Source of the DNA: Octopus vulgaris
Lineage: Eukaryota
NCBI GenBank assembly: GCA_951406725.2
Contig: OX597840.1
Location: 16,244,001 to 16,308,000, forward strand
Length of the DNA: 64,000 nucleotides
Direction of reading: 5' to 3'
Each line of letters opens with the position of its first letter. The first letter of the stretch is position 1. A model generated the notes under the pieces. That model made no database searches. It had not been told where the DNA came from and worked only from the letters and a program-made list of their open reading frames with translations. Of the stretch, positions 36,441 to 51,088 are shown piece after piece. The position numbers and the translations under genes were made by a program.

Positions 36441-37511
36441 TTATACTAAAACTCAAAGTTTGTCTGTCTGTTTTCCTGACATTTAAGGTGATAAAAATTA
36501 CAAATGAAATAGTCATTTCCCCCTTTAAGAAAAAATTCAAGTTGAAAATGTAGACACTTCAAAGAGTCATGTCAGCTACCTCTGTCTGTTCTTTTTTCAT
36601 ACTTTCCTTTTTCTTTGTGACTGCCATAGACTTGAAGATAGAAATTCTCCCTATATTATTATGAGATATTTTTGAATTACAGTTACTTGATATTTTTTCG
36701 TAAAGGGAAAAATTACTATTTTATTTAAATTGAGATATTAATCTTTATTGTCTTAATCAAAAGGCAGAAAAACAGAGAGAGAGAGACTCTATCTCTTTAT
36801 AGACGAAGATCAGTTGCAATGGGAGGAGCTGAATCTCATAAGAATGGAAAAACAAACGAAAAATGGGTTGTACCTTATAATGAAACTCTTTTAAGAACAT
36901 TCAAATGCCACTGCAATGTTGAAATCGTTGCCTCAGTGAATTCAATTAAGCACGTCATCAAGTACACACTGAAAAGAAATGACCAAGCTGCTGTTCAAAT
37001 AAACAATGATAACGAAATTAGTCAATATCTAATGGGTAGGTATACTGGACCATCCAAAGCAGTTGCATCCATTTTAGGATTTTCAATTCATGAAAGAGTG
37101 CCTGCAATAGTGAGACGGTAAGTTCACCTACCAGATGAACAAAGAATATTGCTCAGAAATTATGAGGATATATTGACCCATCAAGCCAAGCAAAATCACA
37201 GTTGTGGCAGATACCAGTGTCATGCAAATTGGCACCCATGCTGGTGGCACATAAAGGCACCTCAGTGTCATACAGTAGTAACAAAGAATGGCAAAGAAGA
37301 AAGTGAGTAAAAAAAATGAAGGCCATTTGAACGTTTCCAAAGAAGAAACACTTGGTCATGTTTATCTTGTCACACCAAAGGCAGGAGAACTGTATTATTT
37401 AAAAATTTTATTGCATGACGTTCGAAATAGTACTTTTTCCTTTTCTGCTGCATGTCAACATTTTCAGCTTGGAGTAGTTGTGACCCAAGGGGTTACGGCA
37501 GGTACATCTAG
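36441..37511 (+). mobile_element. Internally deleted Helitron with RepHel coding remnants
   Basis: 5' tatactaaaa...gtttgtctgtctg. Coding pieces WVVPYN...FKCHCNVE...KYTLK...GRYTGPSKA...HERVPAIV and LGHVYLVTPKAGELYYLKILL. 3' CTAG|T at 37508-37512. Confidence 0.8.
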
Positions 37512-37782
37512 TTGACAATAGACAATTACACCCCATCTCTTTCTCTCTAACACCTTGAACTCTATACCAAATTATTTACAAACAAACTATATTTAAAGAA
37601 GACTTTACAGAAAACTCTAGACATGTTCTAACCACCAAACAAGATAAATACAAATTGTTTTTACTTCAAATTCCCAATTTTTATCATTATTTGGTTAGAT
37701 GAATTTTATCTTCAAAACTAGTAATATTTTATATTTCTTTCTAAATTAAATTTACTTTTGTGCTGTTTCCACCTCCATCTTT

Positions 37783-37830
<48 letters not shown>

Positions 37831-38062
37831 GTTAAACCATTAATCTTGACACATTTTTTTTCTCTCTGTTTTTTTTTCTGCCTTCCCTTTCTATCAAGGA
37901 GCACAGGCTTGAAACATCAAAGACTTTTCCATTCTTCCTGAGTGTCAAACTAATACACCTGATTGTTGTTCCCTCACCTGTCTTTGTCTTTTGTTTTCTG
38001 TGTGTTCGACCCATATATATTTATATATCTTTGCTTTTACTTATCTTTTACAGTGAAAATAT

Positions 38063-38525
38063 ATGGAGCAAAATTCCAATGTTAATTCTGAGTCATTATC
38101 TGAAGAAGAACAACAACAAATTCAGGAAGTGTTTTCCAAGAAATTCTTTTATTCTCAAAGCAAAAGTAAAGAATGGCCCTGGCCTACGTTTAAGAGTGGC
38201 CAGTCAGAGGATGCAAACCTATGGAAATGTGAAACATTTGTTGACTTCCGTGAAAGTCTGAATTCTTCGAAAGATCAACTGAGTACTCAGGATATAAAGA
38301 AATGGCATACTCACACCACGAATACTCACCTGGGTGGGAGTGTCTGTGTCAATCTCCGTTACCAAATCAGGCCTGAACTCTGTACGCAAGCATGGTGTAA
38401 ATTTATGGAAATTCTCTCGACATATCCTGTAGTGGACTCCAAATCAAAGAAACTAAATTCTGTTCATCTGTGTGAAGCACCAGGATCTTTTATTACTTGT
38501 TTGAACCACTTCCTCTTTACCCATG
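38063..38525 (+). CDS. CMTR2: Cap-specific mRNA 2'-O-methyltransferase 2, first coding exon
   Basis: Acceptor ttttacag at 38053, ATG at 38063. Contains WHTHT...PELCTQAWCKFMEIL...NSVHLCEAPGSFITCLNHFL. Phase-1 donor CATG|gtgagt. Confidence 0.93.
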
Positions 38526-38535
38526 GTGAGTATTG

Positions 38536-38898
38536 TTATCTCCGCCTTCGCGAAGGCGGAGGTATTGTTTCCAGTTGTGTTTGTTTGTTTGTCTGTGGAC
38601 AAGATATCTCAAGAACCACTAGATGGATTCAGATGAAACTTTCAGGGATGTTTAGCCTCATGACTGGCACAAACTGATTAGATTTTGGGATCAATCTGGT
38701 ACCAGACAAGAATTCTGGATTATTTTTTCTGTTTTTACACTTAATTTTTGAGATCGGTTGAGTTCATTATTAGTATTCTCATTTATGAGAAAAGTCGAGT
38801 TTATTTCAGATATTCTCATTTTAAAAATGATCTCTGGCTAATCGTTGAGAGGACGTTGGTGTTGCCTTGGTGGTGGTCTGCACTCTGAGTGCTCTTGT
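38536..38898 (+). mobile_element. HINE/Helentron-like non-autonomous element (second copy 54835-55192)
   Basis: 5' palindrome ctccgccttcgcgaaggcggag, a (gttt)n tract, 3' gccttggtggtggt and a stem-loop gcactctgagtgc. Confidence 0.7.
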
Positions 38899-40612
38899 TG
38901 AATTTTTTGTTGTACATTGGTTAGTTCCAGGTCATATCGATAGAGCAGACTTTTGACCAAAAGTGCAGATGTCTGAGCTGTACCCATCCCTATCTTTGTT
39001 TTCAAGCATTGTCCTCTCCTCTTCTTCTTCCTCATCTTCTCCTCCTCTCCTCCCCACTTTGTTTTATTCAAGTTTTTGTTAGTGTTTAATCTAATTAAAT
39101 TATTTAATTCATTTACTTATTTTTATATCTTATTTTATTTTTTTTTGCTTTCGATTTTTTTTTGCTTTTCGATTTTTTGCTGGTTCTAGGTTCAGTCCCA
39201 CTGCGTGGTACCTTGGGCAAGTGTCTTCTGCTATAGCCTCAGGCCAACCAAATCCTTGTGTGTGTATTTGTGTATTTGGTAGATAAAAACTGAAAATATC
39301 CATCATATATATATGTTTGTGTGTCTGTTTTTGTCCCCCCACCATTGCTTGACAACCGATGTTGGTGTGTTCATATCCCTGTAACTTAGTTCGGCAAAAG
39401 AGAACGATAGAATAAGTACTGGGCTTACAAAGAATAAGTCCTGGGGTCGATTTGTTCCACTAAAGGTGGTGCTCCAGCATGGCCTCAGTCAAATGACTGA
39501 AAGAAATAAAAGAAATATACATCAAAGTGTACAGTATTATATATCCATTACAGCTGATATTGCCTAAATGGTTGCCACACTAGGGGTTCAACAAGATGTT
39601 AGATAACAGCCCCTAGTACGAAACCAATTGCTAACAACAGCCATAATGGCTATAATATTGTACACTTAACTAGTATACCCACTTATTGTTTAAATAAGAG
39701 TTGTACATTTTATCACAGTTCTGTGTGTAGACACATAGCGCATGACAACTACCAAAAGGTATTGTAATGGAAATTTTTAAAAAATGAAGAAACCTTTTGA
39801 CGAAGCACTTGATGAGACACATCTGCACCTGTGATGCACTGCAATTGTTTGTCCAGCATCTCACCCATGCGGAACCAGTGCATGAAGGGGTCGAAACAAT
39901 CATAGTGAATAATAAAGTCTTGTGAATTCAATTTTCTTCCTTGCACCCCCCCACACACAAACTCACACACATACATGCATATATGTAGGTGCAGACATGG
40001 CTGTGTCGTAAGAAGCTTGCTTCACAACTACATGGTTTTCGGTTCAGTCCCACTGTGTGGCACCTTGGGGAAGTGTCTTCTACTATAGCCCTGAGCCAAC
40101 CAAAGCCTTGTTTAATGGATTTGGCTGATGGAAAATGAAAGAAACCTATTGTGTGGGTGTATCTGTATATATAAGGCAGGATGTGTGTGTGTGTGTGTAC
40201 GTGAATGTAGTTTATGCACATCCACAAATTAGCATGCGTGTCTCTTAAATTTTAGGAGGACATTCGTCACGTCACAACCCTAGCTGTATTTTCGTCAAAT
40301 AAACGAAAACTTACCTATGTCTATAAACATATTCGTATAGAAAAATTACATTCTCCAAATGTACTATTGTTTGATAAACATACATATCCATATATAACCA
40401 CACATAACATAAATTAATACATACATACATATTCACCTGTATATATAAATATACCCATACATTCACATGCATAAACTAGTACGTACACATATTATAATAT
40501 ATCCTAATTGAAATATATAAAACACATATCTACGTAAGTATAAGCTATATATATTTACATATACACACATACACACATATGCAGACATATATATATATAC
40601 ATATATATATAT

Positions 40613-43600
40613 ATATTGTTATATTTCGGAATGGTCATATTGCCAGTTTAGCCAATAAAAACACACGCACTATATATTTGGTGTTATTTTGCTTCAGTGA
40701 TATTTATTTTTTACATTAATCTTAATCTTATTTCGGCCAAAGTTCTTTCGTCACACTCCTGTGACCGCATCAGTGGTCCTTTGTTTTCTTCTCACTTACT
40801 TGTGTCTCTCCTTACTAACCGTCAGCCATTTTGTATTTCTATTGTATGTCTTCATTTGCGCATGCTTATATCTCTATGTGCGTCTATGTTTATTTAGTGT
40901 GTGTGTGGGGGGGGGGATGCCTGTAATATTTGTATCTTCTGGGACCTCAGAAACGTACTGCAAAGAATTTCCAAGCCTGGAACAATGATATCCCGGCACT
41001 GTATGGACTTCGCAAGGACCATAAAGGTTTTACTGACCCTATAGCAGGACCACCAACAAGACCAGTCTGTGGAGCGAATATCGCTAGCAATTACAGAATC
41101 TCCTACTTCCTCTCAATGATCATACGCCCTATAATCAGGATGTCACCTGATGTATGTGACAGCACAGAAGATCTCCTAAGCAGGATCAGTGACTGTAACA
41201 AAACTTGTGACTTGACAGGATGTATAGTAGGTAGCATGGATGTGGTATCCCTATACCCATCGATTGACGTAGATTTTGCAGTGGAGAAGTGCGTGGAGAT
41301 GATCAACGAGAGCCAGGTGGAGTTCTGTAATGTCGACACAGAAGAACTGGGCCTCCTACTTAGACTGACATATAATAGTGAATACTTAGATAAACATAAT
41401 CTTAGTAGTTTCTGCCCCAGTAGATGTTTAAGAGGTAGACCGCCTACAATTACTTCTATGGCTAGGAAGACACATATAGAAAGATGGCGCGGATGGACCA
41501 GAGCCATACGGAGCCCCGCAAATGTCCATCAGGTAAAGAAAATGATCGCACATGCACTAGGAGCTAGTATAAGAGTTACCCTAAAAGGCCACACATTTAA
41601 ATTTAATAATAAAATATATGCCCAGGACGAGGGGGCAGCCATCGGTGTTAGTATCGCTGGTGATGTGGCCAACCTCTTCATGGTATGGTGGGACAGAAGG
41701 CTTAAAGAATGCCTACTGCAGAAATCCATACTCGTAAACATGTACTCTCGCTATGTTGATGATATCAATATAGTAGTAAAGGCACCCCCACAAGAAAGTA
41801 CTGTTGATATAGTAATAGAAACTAATACTATGGAGAGCATCCAGCAAATAGCTAACTCCATCCACCAGAGTATTAAGGTCACAATAGACTACCCCACTAA
41901 ACACCCCAACCATAGACTACCAGTACTAGACACTGAACTCTGGCTAGAAATTGTGAAAAATAAAACCCAAATCCTTCATTCATACTATGCAAAACCTATG
42001 GCCTCAAAATACCTGATCCACCGGAACTCAGCCATTGCGGGCAATGCCAAATTCAATATTTTGATGGCAGACCTCGTCAGAATAATGAGAAATGTGTCAC
42101 GCATGTGCGAGCCTACAGAATTAAAGAGACACATACAGTATTTCATTCACCGCATGCAGTTCTCAGGTTACAGCCATAAAGAAAGGATCAGAGTATACAA
42201 AGGAGCCATGAAGAAATTTGATAATATATTATGTAATGATAGGAATGGGATTTGCCCACTCTATAGGAACAAGTCATGGAACACTATAGAAAGGACAAAA
42301 AAGAAAATAAGGAAGGCCAACTCTTGGTATGATAGCCATAAATACCAGAGTGTCATGTTCGTTGACACCACCCCTGGAGGTGAACTAGCGTACCGCTTTA
42401 GAAGGACCCTAGATAAACTTAAACTAAGAATTAAGGTTGTTGAAAAGCCAGGCAACCCTATCAGATCTATAATTGGTAGAACCTATCCTTTTAGTAGATC
42501 TCTCTGTACGGATAACTATTGCACTGTATGTAGATTTAGCCCACAAACGAACTGTAAAGCCAGAAATGTGGTCTATAGTATAAGATGTATAGAGGGACGA
42601 TGCAGTAACAAGACAGTAACATACGTAGGGGAAACTGCAAGAAGCATTGGTGAGCGGGTGAATGAACATTGGAGACAACTCAAGGAAGGTAAAAGCTCAT
42701 CGATTCTGTACCAACACGCCGAACAAGAACACGGGGGATCAATCAATAACATAGAGATTAAGATATTGTCCACACATAGAACAGATGCAACAATTAGACA
42801 AATTACAGAAGCTACACATATAATAGAAAATAAACCTAGCCTGAATAGAAAACTAGAATGGAGCAATAGCGCACACCACAACATATGACAATAGTGGATC
42901 CTGCAAACATAATAAATACACAGGTAATTAAAGAAATAGAAATGAATATCTATATATATGTATATGTGTATATATATGTATATGTATATGTGTATATATG
43001 TGTGTATATATGTATATATATATATATATATATATGTATATGTATATGTATGTATATATATATGTATGTGTATGTATATTCTTTTTTTTTTTTTTTTTCT
43101 CGATTAGATTTATTATTATTATTACTAATATTGTTGTTATACATACATACAAGCATATGTAATGATAATAATGGGTGGATGTAAACACATGAATAAAATT
43201 AGAACAAAAGCAACAACAACAAAAACAAAATACAAATTACAAGAATGTATATAACCAGAAGATACAAATATTACAGGCATCCCCCCCCCACACACACACT
43301 AAATAAACATAGACGCACATAGAGATATAAGCATGCGCAAATGAAGACATACAATAGAAATACAAAATGGCTGACGGTTAGTAAGGAGAGACACAAGTAA
43401 GTGAGAAGAAAACAAAGGACCACTGATGCGGTCACAGGAGTGTGACGAAAGAACTTTGGCCGAAATAAGATTAAGATTAATGTAAAAAATAAATATCACT
43501 GAAGCAAAATAACACCAAATATATAGTGCGTGTGTTTTTATTGGCTAAACTGGCAATATGACCATTCCGAAATATAACAATATCTGTTTCAACACACGAC

Positions 43601-43636
43601 TTCACATAAAAAATCTTGCACAACAAATATTTAAAC

Positions 43637-43637
<1 letters not shown>
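40613..43637 (+). mobile_element. Penelope-like retroelement, 5'-truncated, flanked by inverted pseudo-LTRs
   Basis: Inverted repeats at 40613-40942 and 43255-43583, with a tail to about 43637. RT plus GIY-YIG ORF lies between them. Inserted in a TA tract. Confidence 0.93.
40943..42888 (+). CDS. Penelope RT plus GIY-YIG endonuclease (N-terminally truncated, otherwise open)
   Basis: [38 protein letters not shown], and NVVYSIRC...[16 protein letters not shown]. Confidence 0.92.
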
Positions 43638-44992
<1,355 letters not shown>

Positions 44993-45965
44993 ATACCATC
45001 ACATACACAAATATACACGTTGACCTATCTATAAGATCTAATATACATAATAACATAAAACAATAATTGAAAACTTACACATACATATATACATATAGAT
45101 TCACACATATACATTTATATATACGAATCCAAAACCTAGTGTATTCCCGTGGGTATGTACATGCACACATGCTTATTACAAAACTTTATACTTAACAACA
45201 AATGTAAATGTATACCAATATACATATACATATGGATATACATACAAACACATACAAGCACATATATAAAATATACATATATGTACACATATATCAACAC
45301 CTATATATATATAAACACATACATATACATAAATTGCACACTTATATAAATATATACAAAGATCCATATATCCATAACCCACTACAATTTTACTACTCCT
45401 ATATATTAAAGTAAAAATGCTCATTATAAATAGTTGTATTTAATTTAAAGGGTAGTTTACAATAAGTACTGTTTATATCTGGAGAAAGTATACCCAATTT
45501 TATGAAGACATGATACATTGAGTTTCTTAAAATTGTTAATAATCGGTAGATTAGCTCTAATTAGAAAGAAAATTTCATTAATGCATAATGAGCATTTTCT
45601 ATTTTTATTATTATAATCAGGTGCAGATATAAGTATTTTCCATTGCAAATTATAATTTATTTTTTATTTTTGTATCCTTAAGTTCCCATATATATGTACT
45701 TAACCCCATAGAATTACTCCTATTTCTATTTTAAAAAAGTGTATCTGTGATAATTAAGTCTTTATTTCAAATTATTCTTCATAGTCCCGATATAGACTTT
45801 CTTATCATATTGTGTACTTACTATACATTGATATACTACCTCCTTCCTAATGCAGTCATTATTAAATGCACAATTTTCTCTTATCCTACAATTACACTTA
45901 CTAGTTTGTTGTAGATGGTTTACTTTATTGTGATTAATTGTTACTGCATTATTATTATTATTATT

Positions 45966-46659
<694 letters not shown>

Positions 46660-47316
46660 CATTATTATTATTATTATTATCATTATTACTTACTATTCCC
46701 ATATCCACCGGCACATTATTATTGATATTATTATTCTTTTCCGTTATTTTTATTGTTATCATTATTAATTCTATTATTACTTGTTGTATTTCTATTATTA
46801 TTTTCATTTCGATTATTGTTATTATTATTATCATTATTATTATTATTATCATTATTATATCTTGTGCTATTGTTAGGCATGTTTGTGTTACCTAAATTAT
46901 TTTTTCTATTTAGATAGACATTATCTAGCTTTTTATTATTAATTGAGGATATGATGGTGGCCAGATTATGAGTTAGACTGTATCCTATTCTAATTGTTTT
47001 TTTATTAATTATCTCCCAATATTTATTCTTTCCTTTTTCAAAATGTTTGTTTATTAAATTGAAAATATTTTTTACTATGTCATTTTTTATTTGCATAGCA
47101 TAAGTGATTATTAACCATAGTGTATCTATTACATTATTTTCATTATAAGGTTTTTCTATATTATTTATAATTTCCCTATTTTTATTATTACTTCTATAAT
47201 TTCTATAATTCTTTTTATTATAATTTAGACTAAATACTTTATAGTTATTATTATTATAATTAGCATTATTCTTATAATTCCTAGTATTATTATTACCATT
47301 ATTATTATTATTATTA

Positions 47317-47630
47317 TCTCTCTATATATAAACGGCAAAATGTCTGTGTGCATGTCTTTTATACAAATCCACAATTTTTCAGTTAGAGGGCTCGCACTTT
47401 CTATGGTCATTCTATGGTCATCTTTACATTTCCCCAGTCACCTTGCAAAGCCATTAAAAAAATCAATAGAAGTGACTTTTTTGTGAATTTTCTATCCAAA
47501 ACCCAATCAAAATGCCCGAAACTTGATACGCCAATTGAATGCCAGCTAGCTGTATGTGATTGGTCGGAGATTTGGACAGTACTCGCGTGTATGTGCACAC
47601 GCACGCAGCTGTATATGCATGCACTAGCAC
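47317..47630 (+). mobile_element. Helitron-like insertion inside the AT-rich Penelope remnant
   Basis: 5' TCTCTCTATATATAAA...tgtctgtgtg, with a GC shift against the flanks and a CTAG near the 3' end. Confidence 0.45.
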
Positions 47631-48600
47631 TATATTATTATTATTATTATTATTATTTAATATAGGATTTCTAATCCTATTTATACTATTATTGGTATTT
47701 TATTCATATTTTTATTATTGTTTTTGTAATTATTCTTTTTATTTGGATTATTGCTATATTTGTCTAACCAATGTTTATTAGTTGTTGTTATTATATCCTT
47801 AGTGTTAAGGTTATTATTGGGGATATATTTTATTCTACCATTATATCCTGCCCTATATATAATGCTGAGTTATATTTTTCCCCATGTCTATTAAATATCT
47901 CTTCATTCAAAGATAAGTTAGAAATTCTTTTACTTATGCTTAGTAGTAGTGCTTTTTTTATTTGTGGAGGGTGATTACTAGAATTATTTATATATCTTAA
48001 ATTGGAATTTTTTTTCCATATAAGGTTCATGGAGTCCAGTATTAAGGTTACAATTCACATCTAGATAATTAATAGAATAATTTTCATTTTCAATAGTAAT
48101 GGATAGGCCGAAATTATTAAAGAATTTATGCAAGCATTTTTTTAAGTATATCTAGTCGTCTATTTGAAAGATTCTTAACTAAGAATAAAGCGTCATCTCT
48201 AAGGTTCTCATTTTGTTAAATGAATAAATAATCCAACATTGTAATATCTGAAAGTTGATGAACAAACTAAATTTGTTTCTCCATTTTCTTATTTGTATTA
48301 TAAATTTACGGTAAAAATATTTCTTTACCTTCACCAGTTTAATACAATAAATAAGTTAATTGCATTGTAATTGAAAACATTTATGTATTAAGGATCTAGG
48401 TACTCTACCAACAGTATATTGGATAAATACTATCCCTAAGTGGGTTACACCCATAACCCCTAACTTACTTTATGTTATAAATTAATTATATGAGGAATAT
48501 CTATTGCTAATACTTGTATATGTATGAATTATCTATGCAATATTTGGAGTATTGCTAGTATAAGTGAATACATTTAAGTATAGCATAATAATCCCTCAAA

Positions 48601-49675
48601 ATGAATACTGTTGGAAAAACGGAGATAATACGGATTGATTCATCACTAAAAGACATACCCATACCAACCAAGGACTATTACACCAAAGAATTAATATATA
48701 GGATTAACGAATTTATCCACAGAATGCGATGGAAAACCTATACCCCTGAAAAGAATCTCACTAAATTGAACTATGAAGATAAAGATGACCACAACTATGC
48801 AAGAATCAGAAGTAACTATGAGGAAATAATGGAAATTACTAAGAATACTTTTAAATCCAGAAAGGCACCACCACCCAATAAATACTTGGATAACTTCGAA
48901 CAGGATCTATGGAGTACTATTAAGAATATAAAGTTCAGGAATCATCCACTAAGGCACAATCCCTACCAGAGAAAATTGAAAGAAATTATTAGATCTTTTA
49001 GGAACAAAAATGGTATTTTAACTCATTCAGATAAGACTGGTAATATATATAACATAGACACACAAACATACCATGAACTATTACTAAGAGAAATTACAAA
49101 AAAATATAAGGTTGTACCTTATATTACACTTTGAAAATTAAATTTAGAAGCTAGAAATATAATGTATGATTGTAATTTAGAGGATAAAGCAGAACCTTTC
49201 ATGTATAACAATTAAGGACCATAAAGAGAATTTCACCAATACAACACAGGTCAGATTAATCTGTCCAAATAAATCTGACTTAGGCAAATTAAGTAAATTA
49301 AGACAAATATATACCAATAATTAGAAATAAAATTAAGCTTCATTTATGGAAAAACACATAAGGTACATTGGAATGGTTTTCCAGTATTAGGGTTGATAAT
49401 GGTAGAAACCATAAACTAATCCAATTTGATATTCAAAATTATTATTCATCGATTAACCCAGTAATACTTAATAAAGCTTTAATTTTTGCAAGGAAATATA
49501 CAAATATTAGTATGAGGGAAATTAAGGTAATACTAGCGGCTAGAAAAACTGTTATAGAATTTGACAACAAATTATGGGCTAGAAAGGAAAAGCCAGATGT
49601 ATTTGATATTACAACGGGATCGCCGGATTCAGTGGAAATGACAGATTTAGTAGGGATTTATTTACTAGACAATAA
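48601..49675 (+). pseudogene. AT-rich Penelope-like element, 5' half (N-terminus to RT motif B'), opposite orientation
   Basis: SLKDIPIP...FIHRMRWK, SDKTGNIY, IKDHK, QFDIQNYYSSI and FDITTGSPDSVEMTDLVGIYLL. Confidence 0.85.
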
Positions 49676-50055
49676 AATGAGAAAATAAAGAAAATGGAAA
49701 ATTTGACGTGCAGACATTATTTATTTAAAGACATTCAAATTGATGCAGAGAAATTCCTGCCTACAGCTGTTTCCACACCCAATGAATTCAGTTACAGAAT
49801 TAAAATTCTTGAAACCAGTCTGAGTTTGTCATAGGTTAGCTTACATGTTAAAATGTAACTTCCTTTTGGAAATTTTACCTGAAGAAATACCCAATTGACT
49901 GGTTTCGAATATGGAAATTTGAATTATATTTCTGTAATTGAATTGATTGGGTGTGGAAACAGCTGTAGGTAGGAATTTCTCTGCAGGAATTTGAATGTCT
50001 TTAAATAAATAACGTCTGTATGTCAATTTTTTTCATTTTCTTCATTTTCTCATTC
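49676..50055. mobile_element. Palindromic pseudo-LTR-like element with hammerhead-like motif
   Basis: Inverted arms at about 49676-49820 and 49896-50055. CCUGAAGA...GAAACAGCUGUA at 49876-49971. Confidence 0.7.
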
Positions 50056-50882
50056 ATATATATATATGAATGAGGACTAAACTGTCCAACCATGCCAGCA
50101 TAAAAAAAGGTGAATATAAGTGCAGCATGTCTGTGTGGCAAGAAGTTTGTATCCCAATCACATGGTTCTGGGTTCAGTCCCACTGTGTGGCAACTTGGGC
50201 AAATGTCTTCCACTATAGCCTCAGGCTGACCAAAGCCCTCTGAGTAGATTTGGTAGATGGACACAAAAAGAAGCCTATTGTACACACTCACACACAGATC
50301 TCATCATTTAATGCCTGTTGTCCATGCTGGCATTGATTAGATGGTGTGACAGAGATGGCAAGCTGGGGGAGGTGGGGCTGCACCAGACTCAAGTTTTTTG
50401 GCATGATTTCTATAAATGGATGCTCTTATGTGGCACCGCATGGGCACTTTTACACTTGACAACTGGTGTTGATGTGTTTACGTCCCTGTAACTTAGCAGT
50501 TTGGCAAAAGAGACTGACAAAATAAATACTAGGGTTAAAAAAAACATATCCTGGGTTCGATTTGTTTGACTAAAACTCTTCAAGGTGGTGCCCCAGCATG
50601 GCCGCAGTCTAATGTCTGAAACAAAAGATAAAAGATTAAATATGATGCCAAAATGGTAATGATAAATGCTTTTGTGTGTTTGCGTTTTCACGTATCTGTT
50701 TGTTTTGACTCTTCTTGGGTCATGGTGGTGTTTGTTTATGTCGCATATACACAATATGTCCCACATAGCTATTTCTTTGTTGTTTGTCAGTAAATAACCA
50801 AACTATTTTCTTTTCAGAATTTGAAATCATTGTGTCTTAATTAACAAACTCATTAATTTATTAATCCTTCATTTTGTATCAG

Positions 50883-51088
50883 GTTTTACAGGCAAATGGC
50901 AGTGGATGGCTAGTACATTAAACCCCTATTATGAGGGAAACAATTTAGGTAACATGATTGCCGACGACAGATTCATTAGGGCTACGCTGCCCCATTGGCA
51001 ATTTTGCGATGGCACAGGTGACCTACTGGACAAGAACAACTGCAACCATCTTTGTAAGACTGTTCACAACATGGAAACTGCCAAACTG
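50883..51088 (+). CDS. CMTR2: CMTR2 coding exon 2
   Basis: Acceptor ttgtatcag|GT TTT. Translation WQWMASTLNPYYEGN...MIADDRFIRATLPHWQF. Phase-0 donor CTG|gtaagt. Confidence 0.92.

Noticed and set aside
37880-37930. gagcacaggcttgaaacatc as another hammerhead remnant
   Set aside because: The CUGAnGA box is absent, so it is too decayed to support.
40697-40897. Identical 66-aa ORF on both strands (also 43299-43499)
   Set aside because: A consequence of the Penelope inverted pseudo-LTRs, with no coding features.
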